A DNA stretch of 64,000 bases from Marsupella aquatica (Eukaryota; Plantae; Marchantiophyta). Within the stretch, counting starts at the first letter, position 1. Every line of letters begins with the position of its first letter. The DNA lies in contig OZ316891.1 of NCBI GenBank assembly GCA_973895155.1, positions 28,815,511 to 28,879,510 of the forward strand, read 5' to 3'. The position numbers and the translations under genes were made by a program. Positions 25,501 through 38,259 of the stretch are shown here, piece by piece. The notes under the pieces were generated by a model. It was not told the origin of the DNA. It made no database searches and worked only from the letters and a program-made list of their open reading frames with translations.

Positions 25501-27701
25501 TTGTTCTCATTGTCTCTCGTTCAAGGTTAGTGCAGTCCTGAAATGGCTAAGGTCATTTGTCATCTAGTTTTCTTCGTGCACCAGCCCAGCACTAGAGTCT
25601 CTGAATATGGGTCATTTGTATACTTTGGAAGAATAAGAATCTGTGTCTGGCTAAAGAGTTTGGGAGAGTCTTCTCCCTCTTTCATCTTGTGAGGGTCTTT
25701 GTGTTGAGTGCTCATTTCATATATAAGCCCTCCGCTGCTTCTTTAATGGGGCTGACATTTAGTTGGTGTATTGCAGTTCGGTCTCGGCAGTGGGCAGCTG
25801 CTTCATTGGCCTGCACTATGGTCATATTCTTGTGCACCTGAAGGTACGAAACTCGCTGACACATTTTTCTCGCTGATTTGTTGCCTCCTTCTTTTGACTT
25901 TGCAATCGTGAGGGTCACAATTTCCGGGGGAAAACAATTCTTTTGATGGTATCACATTTTTTCATAATGGAAACACCCTCTTATTCACGACGTAGTAACA
26001 CAGAGTTATTAATGTCCTCGTCTGTAACGTCTCCAAACTTGCTGGTGTGTTGGGTGAGGTCACAGCTCTTTTGAAGAATTCGAAGAATGAATGAATAAGG
26101 AACCTCAGCTTTGCTTATCCTTGGTCAATGGATATTTTCAGGGTCATTCAAATAGAATAAAGCACTGGGCAATTCCAGCATTTGGATTGGTTTTACTTGG
26201 CATCACCCTGCATTATCTAGGTAAGTGCCCTTACTTTGACTAGGGGCTCCTCGTTTTGGCCGATATAACATATTATCTTTCATGCTTTCATATTGAGTTA
26301 ATGGGTCCTTACACTTCTTGCCGTCATCAGGAAATCAGTACAATTGAAATGGAAACAGATTGTTTGCTCAGAAATGTTGCAGCATGGAGAGCGCTAAAGC
26401 TTGTAAGACTTTTGTATGATGTAATTGACCAACGAATCTCTATGTTCGACTCTCTTCTTACCTGTCAGAAAAGTAGGAGACGTTTTAGTGTTTCCTTCCA
26501 GTAACAGATAATAGCGAACTGTCTGATACAGGAATCCCCTTGAACAAGCCATTATACAGTTTGAGCTATGTCTTCTTGACAGCTGGGGTTGCTGGGCTCG
26601 CCTTTGTGGCTCTATATGCGCTGGTAAGTCTCTTGTCCAAGCTGCCACCCTCAACTCCGATGATGTCTTTTTGAGGGCAGCGGAGGGCTTCTTCTTAGAT
26701 CATTAGGAGGTTAAGCTGGTCGGAGGACCACTGTCAGCATTCCGTATTCCTTAAAACGGTCGAGGAAAATCACGCGCGTCCAGAGGACGTTGTTCATGAG
26801 GGTTGAATGACAGGTGTCTTTGGTCCGGCGCTTCATGTCAGAATACTTTTGGAGTTCTGGATTCGCCTCACCTTACTCGATCACGTGTGCAGGTTGATGT
26901 GTATGGGATACGGTGGCCTACTATACTATTTGAGTGGATGGGGCTGAATTCATTATTGATTTTTGTCCTAGTTGGCTCTGGAGTTGCTGCTGCAGCAATT
27001 CAAGGACTCTACTGGCAAACTCCAGAACAAAACTTGGTAATAGCTCTTACAAGGAACACTATTGCTTTGTGTAGCGGAAATCAAAATAACCTTTCTAGAA
27101 CTAGTTGAACTGCCATCTTCGTGATTATTGGAACTAGTTGAACTGCCACCTTCGTGACCCTAGGGTTGGAAATTATTGGAAAGGGCTATAGAAGCTTTCG
27201 ACAGATTTCTGTGGCGTGTTATAGCTAGACCATGCATAGAGTTCGTCGATTAGGGTCGACAGACTCGTTCCCTAAGAGTAGTGTCTGTAACTGGAGTCGG
27301 GTACTGGTGAAGGGCTTCAAAATTCATGTTATTTCATGCGATTCTAGTCTTCCGGCTTTAAGACTGAAGAAGCCTGTTGCTGTAAGTAGTTTTAAAAGGA
27401 ATTTCGTTTGATCTTCTCTACAGGTAACGTACATAGCGGAGAATGGCCCATGGAAAAATGGAGTTGGTGGTCGTCATGTGTATGGTGTCTTAGAGCAATT
27501 CCAGCCCTAAGTACCTGTATTGGAAATGTTCCTAAATTGCGGTCTGCTGATCAACAGGTTGATTATTTAGAGGAGCATTCGTTTCAAGCAATATTCAGAT
27601 CGGAGCGAATGGCCAAACTGGCCTACGTATTGTTCGAGATCATTTTCTGGTCTTTTGTTGCAGGTGCATTTCACGCCAAGGGAATATACTGGAAACTATA
27701 G
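22507..27701 (+). CDS. HGSNAT: Spliced gene: heparan-alpha-glucosaminide N-acetyltransferase-like membrane protein. Exons approx. 22507-22737, 22970-23107, 23522-23603, 23719-23795, 24048-24163, 24313-24418, 24952-25068, 25278-25368, 25776-25843, 26142-26221, 26532-26623, 26893-27036, 27559-27701
   Basis: RLASLDVFRGLTIA|IMILVDNGGGKWPAINHSPWNGVTLADFVMPAFLFIVG, GILQ|RIALAYL, LYGLYVPDW, VKCGVRGDLSPPCNAVGYLDR..LGLNHLYKNP, WCLAPFDPEGLL, IGLHYGH, IPLNKPLYSLSY, EWMGLNSL, final GIYWKL*. GT-AG boundaries. Confidence 0.93.
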
Positions 27702-28103
27702 GTAGTAAGGGCTTGCCCAGCTATTGAATTGATTGAATTCATCATAAAAAGATTGATGAAAATTTGTTCTTTCCCAATTAAGCTTATCCAACCAAGTTCC
27801 GGGTGGCAGTGGGAGTAGCGCCTACTAGTTGAGCTAGTGTTACTTGAAAGCTCCAATACAGGCGAGAGCATGCACGCTCAGCTCAATGTACAATTTCCTT
27901 AGATGTAAGTAAGTCATCATGTACTATAGACTACTGCAAGAATGCAAGTATATAGCAGAGTATCACTGATTGTACAGATTTCATTCTGCTTGTACATATG
28001 CTTCAAGATTGTGTCATTCAAGTTTGTATGTCTCCACGATCGCAAGTCTCGTGTAACCTCCGAAATACATTGAAGCTTTTGTCCTTGGTCCACTTAATTT
28101 CAC

Positions 28104-28381
28104 TGCACTGTTATTTTGTGCACTGCAGTAGCTGATGAAAGGTAAGAAATTCAAGGAAAGGTATAATCCCACAATCCTGGCCCAACTCATATCGAGTGCA
28201 CTGTTATTTTGTGCACTACGGTAGCTGATGAAAGGTAAGAAATTCAAGGAAAGGTATAATCCCACAATCCTGGCGCAACTCATATCGAGTGCACTGTTAT
28301 TTTGTGCACTACGGTAGCTGATGAAAGGTAAGAAATTCAAGGAAAGGTATAATCCCACAATCCTGGCCCAACTCATATCGA
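28104..28381. repeat. 93-bp tandem repeat x3, near identical
   Basis: Units start at 28104, 28197 and 28290 (TGCACTGTTATTTTGTGCACT...CAACTCATATCGA). Confidence 0.97.
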
Positions 28382-29326
28382 CGGGAAAAGTTTCGGTAGA
28401 TTCCTGGTACTCTGATTTTATTCAACACGTAAAATACACACCAATAGTCATCAGTTTTGGGTTGCAACTATCTCGGCGGGAGCTTGGAAACGATTTCCTA
28501 TGGAACACTGGCCCTGGCTGAGCGCCATTTTCAATCTCAAAATCTGTATCCAAGGGCAAAGGGAGTTGGAACTCAGGCCTCCTTCTAGCTGTTTTAAATT
28601 ACGGGTCGTCCCACGGAGGCAAAGTCCTCATATTTTGGAGGCGTTTCTTGCACTCCCTTTCCAAATTGGAGGCTATTCCTTTTCCCAACTGAATTCAATG
28701 GTTTGAGTATCCTCAATTTTCCTGCCATGCAGGACAACAAATTCTGGAATGGCGATGTCCCGTGGGAAATGCTCTATTACATTCGTTGCTGGCCTTCCAT
28801 TGACCGTTCGAAGATTTTTCTCGGACCAAACTCTGGAGATGATCCTGTTTCATGAGAAAGATGTGTCATCTACAGCGGCATATAATTTCCACCTAGTTTC
28901 TAGTGTCAAAACAGCAGTACATCTGGAAGAGGCGCTTCTGAAACGTACCGAAATTGTATCGCCACCTGAAGCTCTCAAACTTATGGTTATGATTCCACAA
29001 CGCGCGCTTCTCAATACAAAAATCACCACAAAGGATGATAAGCCCACATGGAGTAGGTCAGTCCTGAAGTTCCTGTGAAATACAAAGGTAAAGTTGATGA
29101 GAAAACTCTCCTTCAACTTGTGAAACTGATATCAGAAGGACTGCGTTGGTTCATCAATACTTGCTGAACAAAGACTAAGCCTGCATCTGGCATTCCAAAG
29201 CACAGATGCAAAGTTTTTCAAGAACACGTGACAAGATAGCTTCACTGCAGCGTCCACAGAAGATTCCAGGGTGCACTAGAAAACTTTAGGCAAACATAAG
29301 TGAACATGTAAGGTACGGATACTTAC

Positions 29327-31583
29327 ATAAGGTGTCATCAATGGCCAGAAGACGATCAATAACCTACAACAAGTGAAAGATCAGGAATTGTCCGAAAATT
29401 ATACGAGCAAGCTTTCAACTGACACCGCAGCCGCAGACTGACTTCCTAAATGGCCCCTTAACGAGGAGGTGCGTTGACTGTCAGTCAAATTCCCAAAACA
29501 GAATTTAGAGGACAGCAGTAATTGTAAGAGCTCAACGTTTCAAAGGAAAGATAGCAGTATGTACGTGTAATTACACTCCACACACAATTCTGACATAATG
29601 TTCATGAGAATACGGGTGATACTGTACTTGTCAACATGTGCAGAGAAATACCTGTGAATCTGATATATTGATCGGTGTACAACCTCCGAACTGGTCATCC
29701 TCACCTTCTGTAACCCAGGGCTGAAACGCTCCCTCCATCGATGCGTGCTACAAACAGCAAACAAAGAATCCGCATGTCATGTTAGAGGAAATGCAGATGA
29801 CATGCAAAACCTGCCTTGTGAACATACAATGGGTGAGGACAGGGCAAGGTAAATCAAGGTTAGATTTTCTATTCGATGGAAAACGACCGTAGAGAATGAC
29901 TTAGGGACGCTCAAGAAGAACTTGGCACACAGGACAGAGCATCTCGCAGATAATATTTAAAAGGTATACGGAGAGCCGCAGGACCTCAGCAGGGGAAGAT
30001 CAGTGCATACTTGTAACCAAAAGAAGAAAGCTCGGAGTAGCTTCAACTTCTCTATGGCAGAGAATGTCCTTGCGAGTTGCTCGTAAAGATCTGAAAATCC
30101 CAACAAAAATTGAACACTCGCTCATAAAGCCGTCCTCAATGCTTCTAGGCAAGCAAAACCAGGGGGGCAGACGAATTTTTAGATAAAAAGATGCGTATTA
30201 GTTCAAATTTATATCAGGATTGAAATATTCTTGTAAGAGATGCTGGTACATTTATTTCTTCCTAAGACCATCAGCCATTACCTGAAAAATAGTCACATAG
30301 TAGTTCGTCAGTTTCTTCGTTACTTGACCCGTGATACGCATGTTCTTCTTGTTGTGAAGGCCGATGAAACATAAAGTGATCCCACATCTCTTTTAATTGC
30401 TCTGATGAAAATGGTCTTTGCAAAACAAGATCAAGTTTAATCCTGAATTCGTCGCCTCTTGACAGTGTCGGAGCTGCCGATGTTACCTGGGTGCTTGTTG
30501 CAGCTTCAGCCTCGTTTGCCGAGGTCACTTGGGTTCTCACCTGTGAGAATTTCAGAATGACCTTTGAGAAATGAGGTCGTTCTTACAATGACAAACTGCC
30601 TCGCAATCAACAGCTACTTGGAACAGTAGAGAACCCCCCGTAAAGATACTATTTCAAAATCTGCAACAAGGCAAGGCATCTGAACATACGGCAGGGTAGA
30701 GATGTACAACAAACTTCAACAGCCTCTCACTTCAGCGTGGGAGAATTTGCAGTTAGATCTGAACTGAGAGTCTGTTACGTGGCCGACAAAGCACTGCGCT
30801 GGTGATCTATCAAGATAAGTCAGGGATACTGAGTGTAGCACCAGTGGCGTAACGAGATAAATAGAAGATAAATAGAAGTGGCATCGATTGCCTCCCAAAA
30901 TTCTAGATTGAAAGGATCAAAATCCCGCCATCTCAAAAAAGAAATATTGAAGGGGGCTCATGGTAGAAGTTGCCAGCTTCCTGATGATGGCTTACCGAAA
31001 AACTGGACTCGGTTGACTCGGCAGACAATGGAACATGGCCTCCAGATTCCCTGCACATTGTTGCATCTGTAATTTCTTGTCCCGAACCGTAGCTAACAGT
31101 TACTCCGGTGCTCGTTATAATGGGTGAGTTGAGATCCGGAAGTTCGAAAGTTTCTTCTTCACAACGAATGTTGAGATCCGGGAGCCCAGCCTGATCTCCC
31201 CCTGCAGATTCTGTGTGTGCGACATCTACGTCTGGTCTCTCCTCATGTTCTACTTCGTTATGGTCGCGCTCCTCTGTCCTAGCTGCCCTCTTTCTAACAC
31301 TGCGCTTCCTCTTAGGGGTTACACCATGCATTCGCCAACACTCTGTTCCTCCAGCTTCCATTGATATCCTTGATGGGCTTTCGCTCACGGGGCTAACTGA
31401 TTGATAGACCTGTGAATTAATAGTACAGCTATCGTGTTTCTCGCGTTCAAACCAGGGCGAAGCTGGTTCAGTGGCCTCTGCCATCTCACAGGAGGCCATA
31501 GCATTCTCTCGGCCCTCTCGATACTTTGAAATCAAATAACCCAATGGTATCTTCGGAGTTCGCAGTTTCTTCATTCCCTGCAT
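29327..31583 (-). CDS. Spliced gene for an uncharacterised plant-family protein. Exons approx. 31583-30996, 30540-30282, 30090-30011, 29747-29652, 29363-29327; last exon uncertain
   Basis: Phase-consistent GT-AG exons give FRIKLDLVLQRPFSSEQLKEMW...DYFS|DLYEQL..KLKLLRAFFFWLQ|HASMEGAFQPW, which matches my recollection of a plant family with LLRGFFFWLQN..EGAFRPW. The N-terminus has two EAR-like LPDLN motifs. Confidence 0.7.
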
Positions 31584-32108
31584 CCCCAGAATGAAACGTC
31601 AAACGGCGATGCAGCGGGGGCCCTCTTTGAAGTAAAGGGGCTCGCGTACAATCACAGGGAAAACTAGCTTCAGCCTTAAATAAGGCCCCGAGCAGAATTT
31701 GACTAGGAGATGACAGCGACGAGAACAGATTCTTTCTAGCTGGACATGGAAGTGTCTCATGCCTCGTGCCCTCTAGCTTTTTGGTGGCCTGTTCTTTTCA
31801 AAACCGTGTAGTTCCCTTAGTTCCTTATTGGCAAATTCAATCGTCTCGGAAGGAAGTAGAACCAACAGGAAAAGACGTCCACCCTTTCAAACTTCTCCGA
31901 GAGATTCTTCGCTGCTCCAACGATCATGAATGCTGAATTTTTAAGCTTATATCACAGTAGAAGGCAGGCAATTCAATTCAATTCTATTCGATTCGACTCT
32001 AAATTTCATATTAAATTCCAATTAATTCAGTTTACGTGATTTGATTGGAATCCGCTTCATTAAGGTATTCTCTCCATTTTGCTGGTTCACATTTTTTTCC
32101 TTCATGTT

Positions 32109-34060
32109 TCAGAGGCAGTGGTTTAGAGTGCGGATTGGATGCATTACCCACGGAGGGACCTTTGATTCTTCGACGGCGGGGCCGACAGGCCCTGTGGCAT
32201 CGGTCCACCCACGCCCCTCCTTGCGCCTCGCAATAACCTCCGCAGATTCTCCTGTCGCCAAGTTGATCAGGTAGTCGTGCACATTGCTGAATCCCGCTTT
32301 CCGCGCAGTGTGCGCGAGCGACCCTGTCGGAGGCTTCCCTTGACTTCTCCGACATGGACCGCAATTGCAGCTGTAGAGTATACACCACGGATCATTCGGA
32401 TCATCACATTTTCCGCAACAAATTCAATTTCAAACGCTATATACCTTGCAAGGGATGTTACGCCATCGTGAACTGTAATGACCTCCGGCTATAGTAATGG
32501 CCTATTTATCTAGTGGCAAAACAGTAAGTATATGGTAACGCCCTGTTTCCAGTGCGTTGTGGGCTATAATGCCATAAAGCAAGGGCGTTTTATATTCTTG
32601 CCCCTAACGCCTTGGTAACAAGGAGTTAATACACTTCAATCCCTGCAAGATTCTTCACTCCTATTTTTTCTTCTGATTCTCCTTTCGTCACACCTGAATT
32701 TACATCCTTTACCAAGAGACAAGTAGAGGACTTCGTGTGATGGGCATGTCTTCCATTCAGGTCAGAAATACAAAGAGAAAAGTCTTGCAGGATTTAAGAG
32801 ACAGCGTTGAATATGCGAACCACCACAGTACCCACGAGGAAAAATTTGAAGAATTTAACAAACTGTAGGGTGAACTCTCAAACCGAAACGAGGAGCCGAA
32901 TCAGGAACCAGCGAAAGACAGCGAGAACACAAACCCAAGAAGAAACGCGCTACCCGAGTTTTTAGAATTCACCGATAGATCGGGAAACTCTTACAACAGA
33001 AAAGACGGAGCTCAACAAGAGTACGGAAAAGAGACTGAGCACTAAGCGTTCAAGCCTAAAGAAAAACCCATGGCCCCAAAAAAGAACTCACCGTCCAGCA
33101 GGAAAAATTCAGTAACGAACGAGAAGGAGCTAAATGACTAAGCAAGTGAGTATTATAGCAGGACGCACAGACTGCCCACCAGTTCTCGCAACCTTCGCCG
33201 CATCCATCCCGGCATGGGGGACAAACCCATCGAGCACCACTCTGCGTTTCCTCCTTAATCTTCTCACCATTACGATTCATCAGGCAGGCGGGACAGAATT
33301 TATTCACGCATAGCGAGCATTGCACGTGGAGTCGTTCAGACCTCTGCCTGCACCAGTGACACATTACTCCACTAGTAGGTTCTTTGTATTGCACTCTGTC
33401 ACCACTTCGCCTTCTCTTGTTGTTGTTCTTCTTCTTTCCTAATCTAGTATGTCCCTCGAGATAGTTGAAGTCTTCATCTGAACTGTGATCATCTTCATCA
33501 CAATCGCTGTCAGAGATCGAACTGGGGTCGGAACTCTCAGTCATATTCGGACTTAGCTGACCATGATCATCAACGTCGCTATCAGAACTCGAACTGGATT
33601 GGAAGCTCTGAGTTAGATTCGGAATTGCCTGATCACCATCATCATAGTCGCTATCAGAGCTCGAGATGGAATCGGAGCTGGGTCCGAATCGTGACTCGTC
33701 GGACTCACTGTCGCTAACCAGCCCAACTTGAGTTACTAGAATGTCAGCCTTTCGAGGTCTGCCTCGCTTTCGCTTCACTGCCGGGGCCCCAACACCACTG
33801 GCGTTAGCTTGCGCTGCCAGAATGTCGGTCTTTCGAGGCCTGCCTCGCTTTGGCTTCACTGGAGGGGCCACAATACCACTGCCGGCAGCTTGCGCTGTTA
33901 GAATGTCCGCCTTCCGAGGCCTGCCTCGCTTTCGCTTCACTGGAGGGGCTCCAATACCACTGGCGGCAGCTTGCGCTGTTAGGGTGTCGGCTTTGCGAGG
34001 CCTGCCTCGCTTTCGCTTCATTGCAGGGGGCTCAGACCCTGCTGGAGTCAGCTTCACCAT
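32109..34060 (-). CDS. AT-hook x4 plus acidic linker plus zf-4CXXC_R1 (CDCA7-like) protein. Exons 34060-33180 and 32370-32109; upstream exons possible
   Basis: Four K(R/P)KRGRPRK motifs, then CHWCRQ...CSLC..KFCPACLMNRNGE...WVCPPCR..C|CNCGPCRRSQGKPPTGSLAHTARKAGFSNVHDYL across GT-AG intron 33179-32371; stop TGA at 32111-32109. Confidence 0.88.
33735..34022 (-). repeat. 81-nt coding tandem repeat (27-aa AT-hook unit), 4 copies
   Basis: CTGCCTCGCTTT.GCTTCA recurs at ~33759, 33840, 33921 and 34002. Confidence 0.92.
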
Positions 34061-36720
34061 AAAATTCTCCTGCACCGCCAATCCAAATGCCTCATGAATA
34101 TAGAGAGACAGAATAACTAAGCGCTGTCTCTAAGATCAAGCATCTTCCGCATTTGATATCCGATCCTTGCTACAATCAGAGCGCTTCAATTTTCCAATGT
34201 CGATTTTCAAAGTTACTCTACTTGGGGTAAGGAGGAAATCAAGGTAAGTGCTCTATAGACCTACTGGAACACGAGGAGGCATCCCTCCGGGCACATTACT
34301 GGGACCTACGGTACACACTCGGATTGGCGGTAGATGCTAGAAGAAGAAAGACAATAGACTGTAGATGTTCAGCATTGTGCTAGTGACAGGAAAATGACAA
34401 GAGCTGATCAATCGGGGTACCCACATGAAACTTCGACAGAGCAAGATTGACAAGGGAGGCACAAAGTGTGACATTGATAGAATTATGGAAAGAGCTCCCA
34501 AGACCCATCCTAGTCCTTCCTTAGAGTGCGAGCTTCTAAGTAACAGAGCGACTGAGTACTGGCTTATTTAACCATCTGGCAAATTCCACGCAGAATGTGA
34601 CGCCTAATTAGAGAGCTGAACCGCTTTCACAAGGTATCCACAAAATAAACTTCGCTCATGCCGTATACATGACCATTGTGCAGCGCATGACACATCACTA
34701 AGATGGAAAACATTACGAAAATGTATCTCCTGCAAGTTTTCGATTTCCAGACCGGTTTGTGGACCTCTTACGAGAATTCGATCACCGGGTCCAATTGCGT
34801 AATTTCGGTGACGAGTCTTCGTCCTCTAATTCAGCAGACGCTCGCTAACAAACAGAAGAGACGAAGCTCTTTCAATGACCGGAAGCCTAGTGAGCCTGAA
34901 GATGAACGATTCATATATTGCGAACATCTGTCCTCGAAAACAAAGCACAAACAAGAATCTGGAAGTGTAAATATTGAAATACCGGGCACTCCGTGTCATA
35001 TAATGTTCTGAGTGTTGAGTAAGTGCCCAATCGTTGCCCAGATATTGCACAATCCCACTTCTTCGAAACAGACAATCGAACCAATTTGCTAGGCGCCAGG
35101 AATACCATCTGCCACTTCCCCGAGTGACGTCCCTATCGAATAACACTCGCTGAATTCCTGCCGTTACCACTGCATGCTCCACAACCTATTTGCATTACTT
35201 CATTCTTCTCTTCAGGCATGATCACAACCAGTTCCAGCTTTGTTCTGCACATATTCGGAGCACTGCTGTCCAAAAATCCAGCTGCAACAGCTGATGAGCA
35301 TGATCTCTATACCACTCATCCAAAGTTCCGGAGTCACTTGGACTGGAGCTTTGAATACTTCGACCTGCGTTTCAGACCTGATTTACCCACCCTCATTCTC
35401 TCACACGGCCATTCATCCATCCAATACTCGGCCACCACCAGCCAGCCCCTCCAGACAGACCAACCGTATCCGCCTTTCTTTTGCGATGCTGCTTCCTCAA
35501 CAAAATCCAGTCTTAATTCGAATCTGCACAAGCATTCCAGAGTCACGGAGTGTCATTCGGAGTTCCAAATGAATCCCTGACAACGATCCATCACTACAGG
35601 AGACATGCCCTCTCAATCACAGTCATCGTGCTACACCCACCCACCGTTTCCAAAGCGCAATGTGAAGACGACAAGGTGCGGAATAATACTCGAACCTCGA
35701 ACCTCGAACCAAGAGATCGAACTGACAGCTTTCCTTATTTCGTGGGAGGCGACAGCCGATGAGAAAATAGCGTGGGAATCTTCGTGCTCCTCCCACTCAC
35801 TACGGAATCGACATGAATCATTCATTGACATCCCTCATCGCTCTCCTTCCCTTGAGACGCAATCGATGAGCAGGAACACGAGAACCTATCCGCCCGGCAG
35901 CAGAGCGACATGGACGACGAGGTGTTTCCAAAAAGCGTTGTGAACAGGACGAGACATTGCTCTGAGACATGAGCTGCGGAATAATTATTGAAGCTCGTAA
36001 AGGAGATCGTACTGACAGCTTTTTCTCCTTTCATGCGAGGGTGAAACCGGACCAGACTAGAGCCTCAGAAGCTTCGGGCTAGTGAGATCTAATCACGAAA
36101 TCAAGCCCATCCGCTTGACGATAAGCATGTCACCTTCTTCGTAATTTGTTCGTAAAAGCAACGGACGCACTCGGTGGCCTCCATTTTGAACGATCCCCCG
36201 CACCACGACCGTGCTCGCTCCCACCGCGCCAAATCGTCCCTGGCGATGGCGGTGGCGATGGTCATCCCTCCCGCCCCGCTAACTTGGCTCTAGTTTTGGC
36301 GCCGATTTTCTCCCCGGATTAGTGCGAGAGGCGGCTGGATCGGCACTGACTTAACCCGCTCGGCTCTTTTCGTCTCCCTTCTAGAACAAGGCCGCCAACT
36401 TGGCCCTTGGCGTTGCTCCCAGCTTGCGATGGCGATTCTTGGCGCTTCTGGACCATGGCTTTCTTGCCTACTAACGTCAGCGGACTACAATAGTTATTGG
36501 TGCGGCCCTTACTTTTTAGTTTTTCCTCTGGTGTTGTACGTTGGGGATTTCAAAAATTTTCTCAATAATAATGTTCTGCCAGCGTCGTCGTGCCTGATGT
36601 GCGTAACAGCTGCTGCCTCGAAGAACTTGCTTGTTAACGCTTGGTGATGGTTTCAAAATTCAAGAGCCTATATTCTCTCTAAACTGTAGATCCAGTAACA
36701 AAAACCGCCATCCAATTCAA

Positions 36721-37160
36721 ATTAGCATAAAGGGCGAGGATCTAAAATGAATTCTCGTACATCGTTACTTTGGGAGCACAAGTATGGTTAGGGGTGGAAT
36801 TGGATTAGCATAAAGGGCGAGGATCTAACATGAATGCTCTACACCATTACTTGGAAGCACAAGTATGGTTAGGGGTGGAATTGGAGACTAGCGTGGCATG
36901 ATTGGTAGTGAGTGTCTATGGGTAGGGGTGGAATGGGACACTAGCATGATAGGTAGTCACTGTACATATAGGAGCAGACCAAGGGCATGCAAACTAGTAT
37001 TTTCTTACAATTATAAATTATAAATTAAATATAATTGGTGACCCAAATCACATGTGGGAGCAACGCGAGGGCATGCAGACTACTAATATATGCAGACTAC
37101 TAATATATGCAGACTACTAATATACTAATATGTATGTAATATAATTGGTGGCCCATATCT
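36721..37160 (+). repeat. Repeat cluster: ~83-bp tandem pair, 17-bp x3 unit and Helitron-3'-like ends
   Basis: ATTAGCATAAAGGGCGAGGATCTAA at 36721 and 36804; GGGCATGCAAACTAGT (CTAG at 36994-36997); GCAACGCGAGGGCATGCAGACTAC followed by ATGCAGACTACTAATAT repeats. Confidence 0.55.
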
Positions 37161-37706
37161 ATTGTTCAGAAGCTACGCTTTAGAGTGAAACCGTAGGTCT
37201 GATTACATTTGGTGAAAAAAATGATATTTAGTGAATAGGGATTGGCATGGGGAGTTTGGAGGACCCACCTGTACTTGGGCACCATCTTCATCAGAACATA
37301 GCGCAGTGGCACAGTATTGGCATAGTGGGCCATGCGACCCTCTATGCAAATATAGTGTCTGGGAAGTTGTGTTCAAGTTCTAACTCTCCAATTTGGTTTT
37401 TTAAACTTGTGATGTTGTGTTCAAAATTAAAAGCTCCTTGAATTTTGTCATTGTGAGATTAATGTAGGGATGTGAATCTCTGATGTCCTTGGCTGATAGG
37501 CTCTGTCGCTGTGACCCAGCTCTACATGTACTCCAAAGGTGTTCAGGTGATAAGCTAATGGTACTAAGATATTACTAGCTTGTTACACTAGCTGCTCAGG
37601 GATTTATGCTACAACTGGTCGCTTAGGCTTTTAGGTCTCAAAAGTACTTTTATTTGACCCACTAAGACACACAACATTACCCAAACCAGGCTCCCAAACA
37701 GAACTA

Positions 37707-38259
37707 CCGTCTTCCCTCAACACAGCGCCAGGGCGTTGTGTTCCAAAGTTGAAAATTTAGTGTCCTTATACACAAAAGCATGTTTTCTTTGAACACAACG
37801 CCACTTTTACACAGCGCCCGGGCGCTGTGTTCAAATTTGGCATTGTGTTTGGGGATGGATGACGTTGTGTTCAAACTTTTGCACTATGTTTGAGTGAGGG
37901 GTTTGCTGTAGTGTCTTCCATTACAATGAAGTGTTCGAAGTTGACATTATGTTGGAGTGAGGACATTGTGAAAGCAAACAAAAAGCTATCGACAATGAGC
38001 GCACCCATGAGCGCACTGAAAGCAAATATGTTTCACATTATAATTATATGCTTACCATTATAATTATATGCCACTATTCAAACACAAAGTTAAATTTCAA
38101 GCACAATGCCAATATTTGAACACAACGCCACATGTTACAAAAATCCAAAACAAAGTGTCAAAACTCAAACACAACGCCCAGGGCTCACTAATCGAATATA
38201 ACGCCCCTTGACTCACTATTCAAATATAGCGCCCGGGCGCTGTGTTCGGGGGAAGACGG
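37707..38259. mobile_element. Tc1/mariner (pogo/Tigger-like) MITE, ~553 bp, TA TSD
   Basis: TA|CCGTCTTCCCTCAACACAGCGCC ... GGCGCTGTGTTCGGGGGAAGACGG|TA, with internal palindromes ACACAGCGCCCGGGCGCTGTGT and many AACACAACGCC motifs. Confidence 0.85.

Noticed and set aside
28014-28376. 120-aa ORF with a 31-aa repeat
   Set aside because: Explained by the 93-bp triplication; no independent coding evidence.
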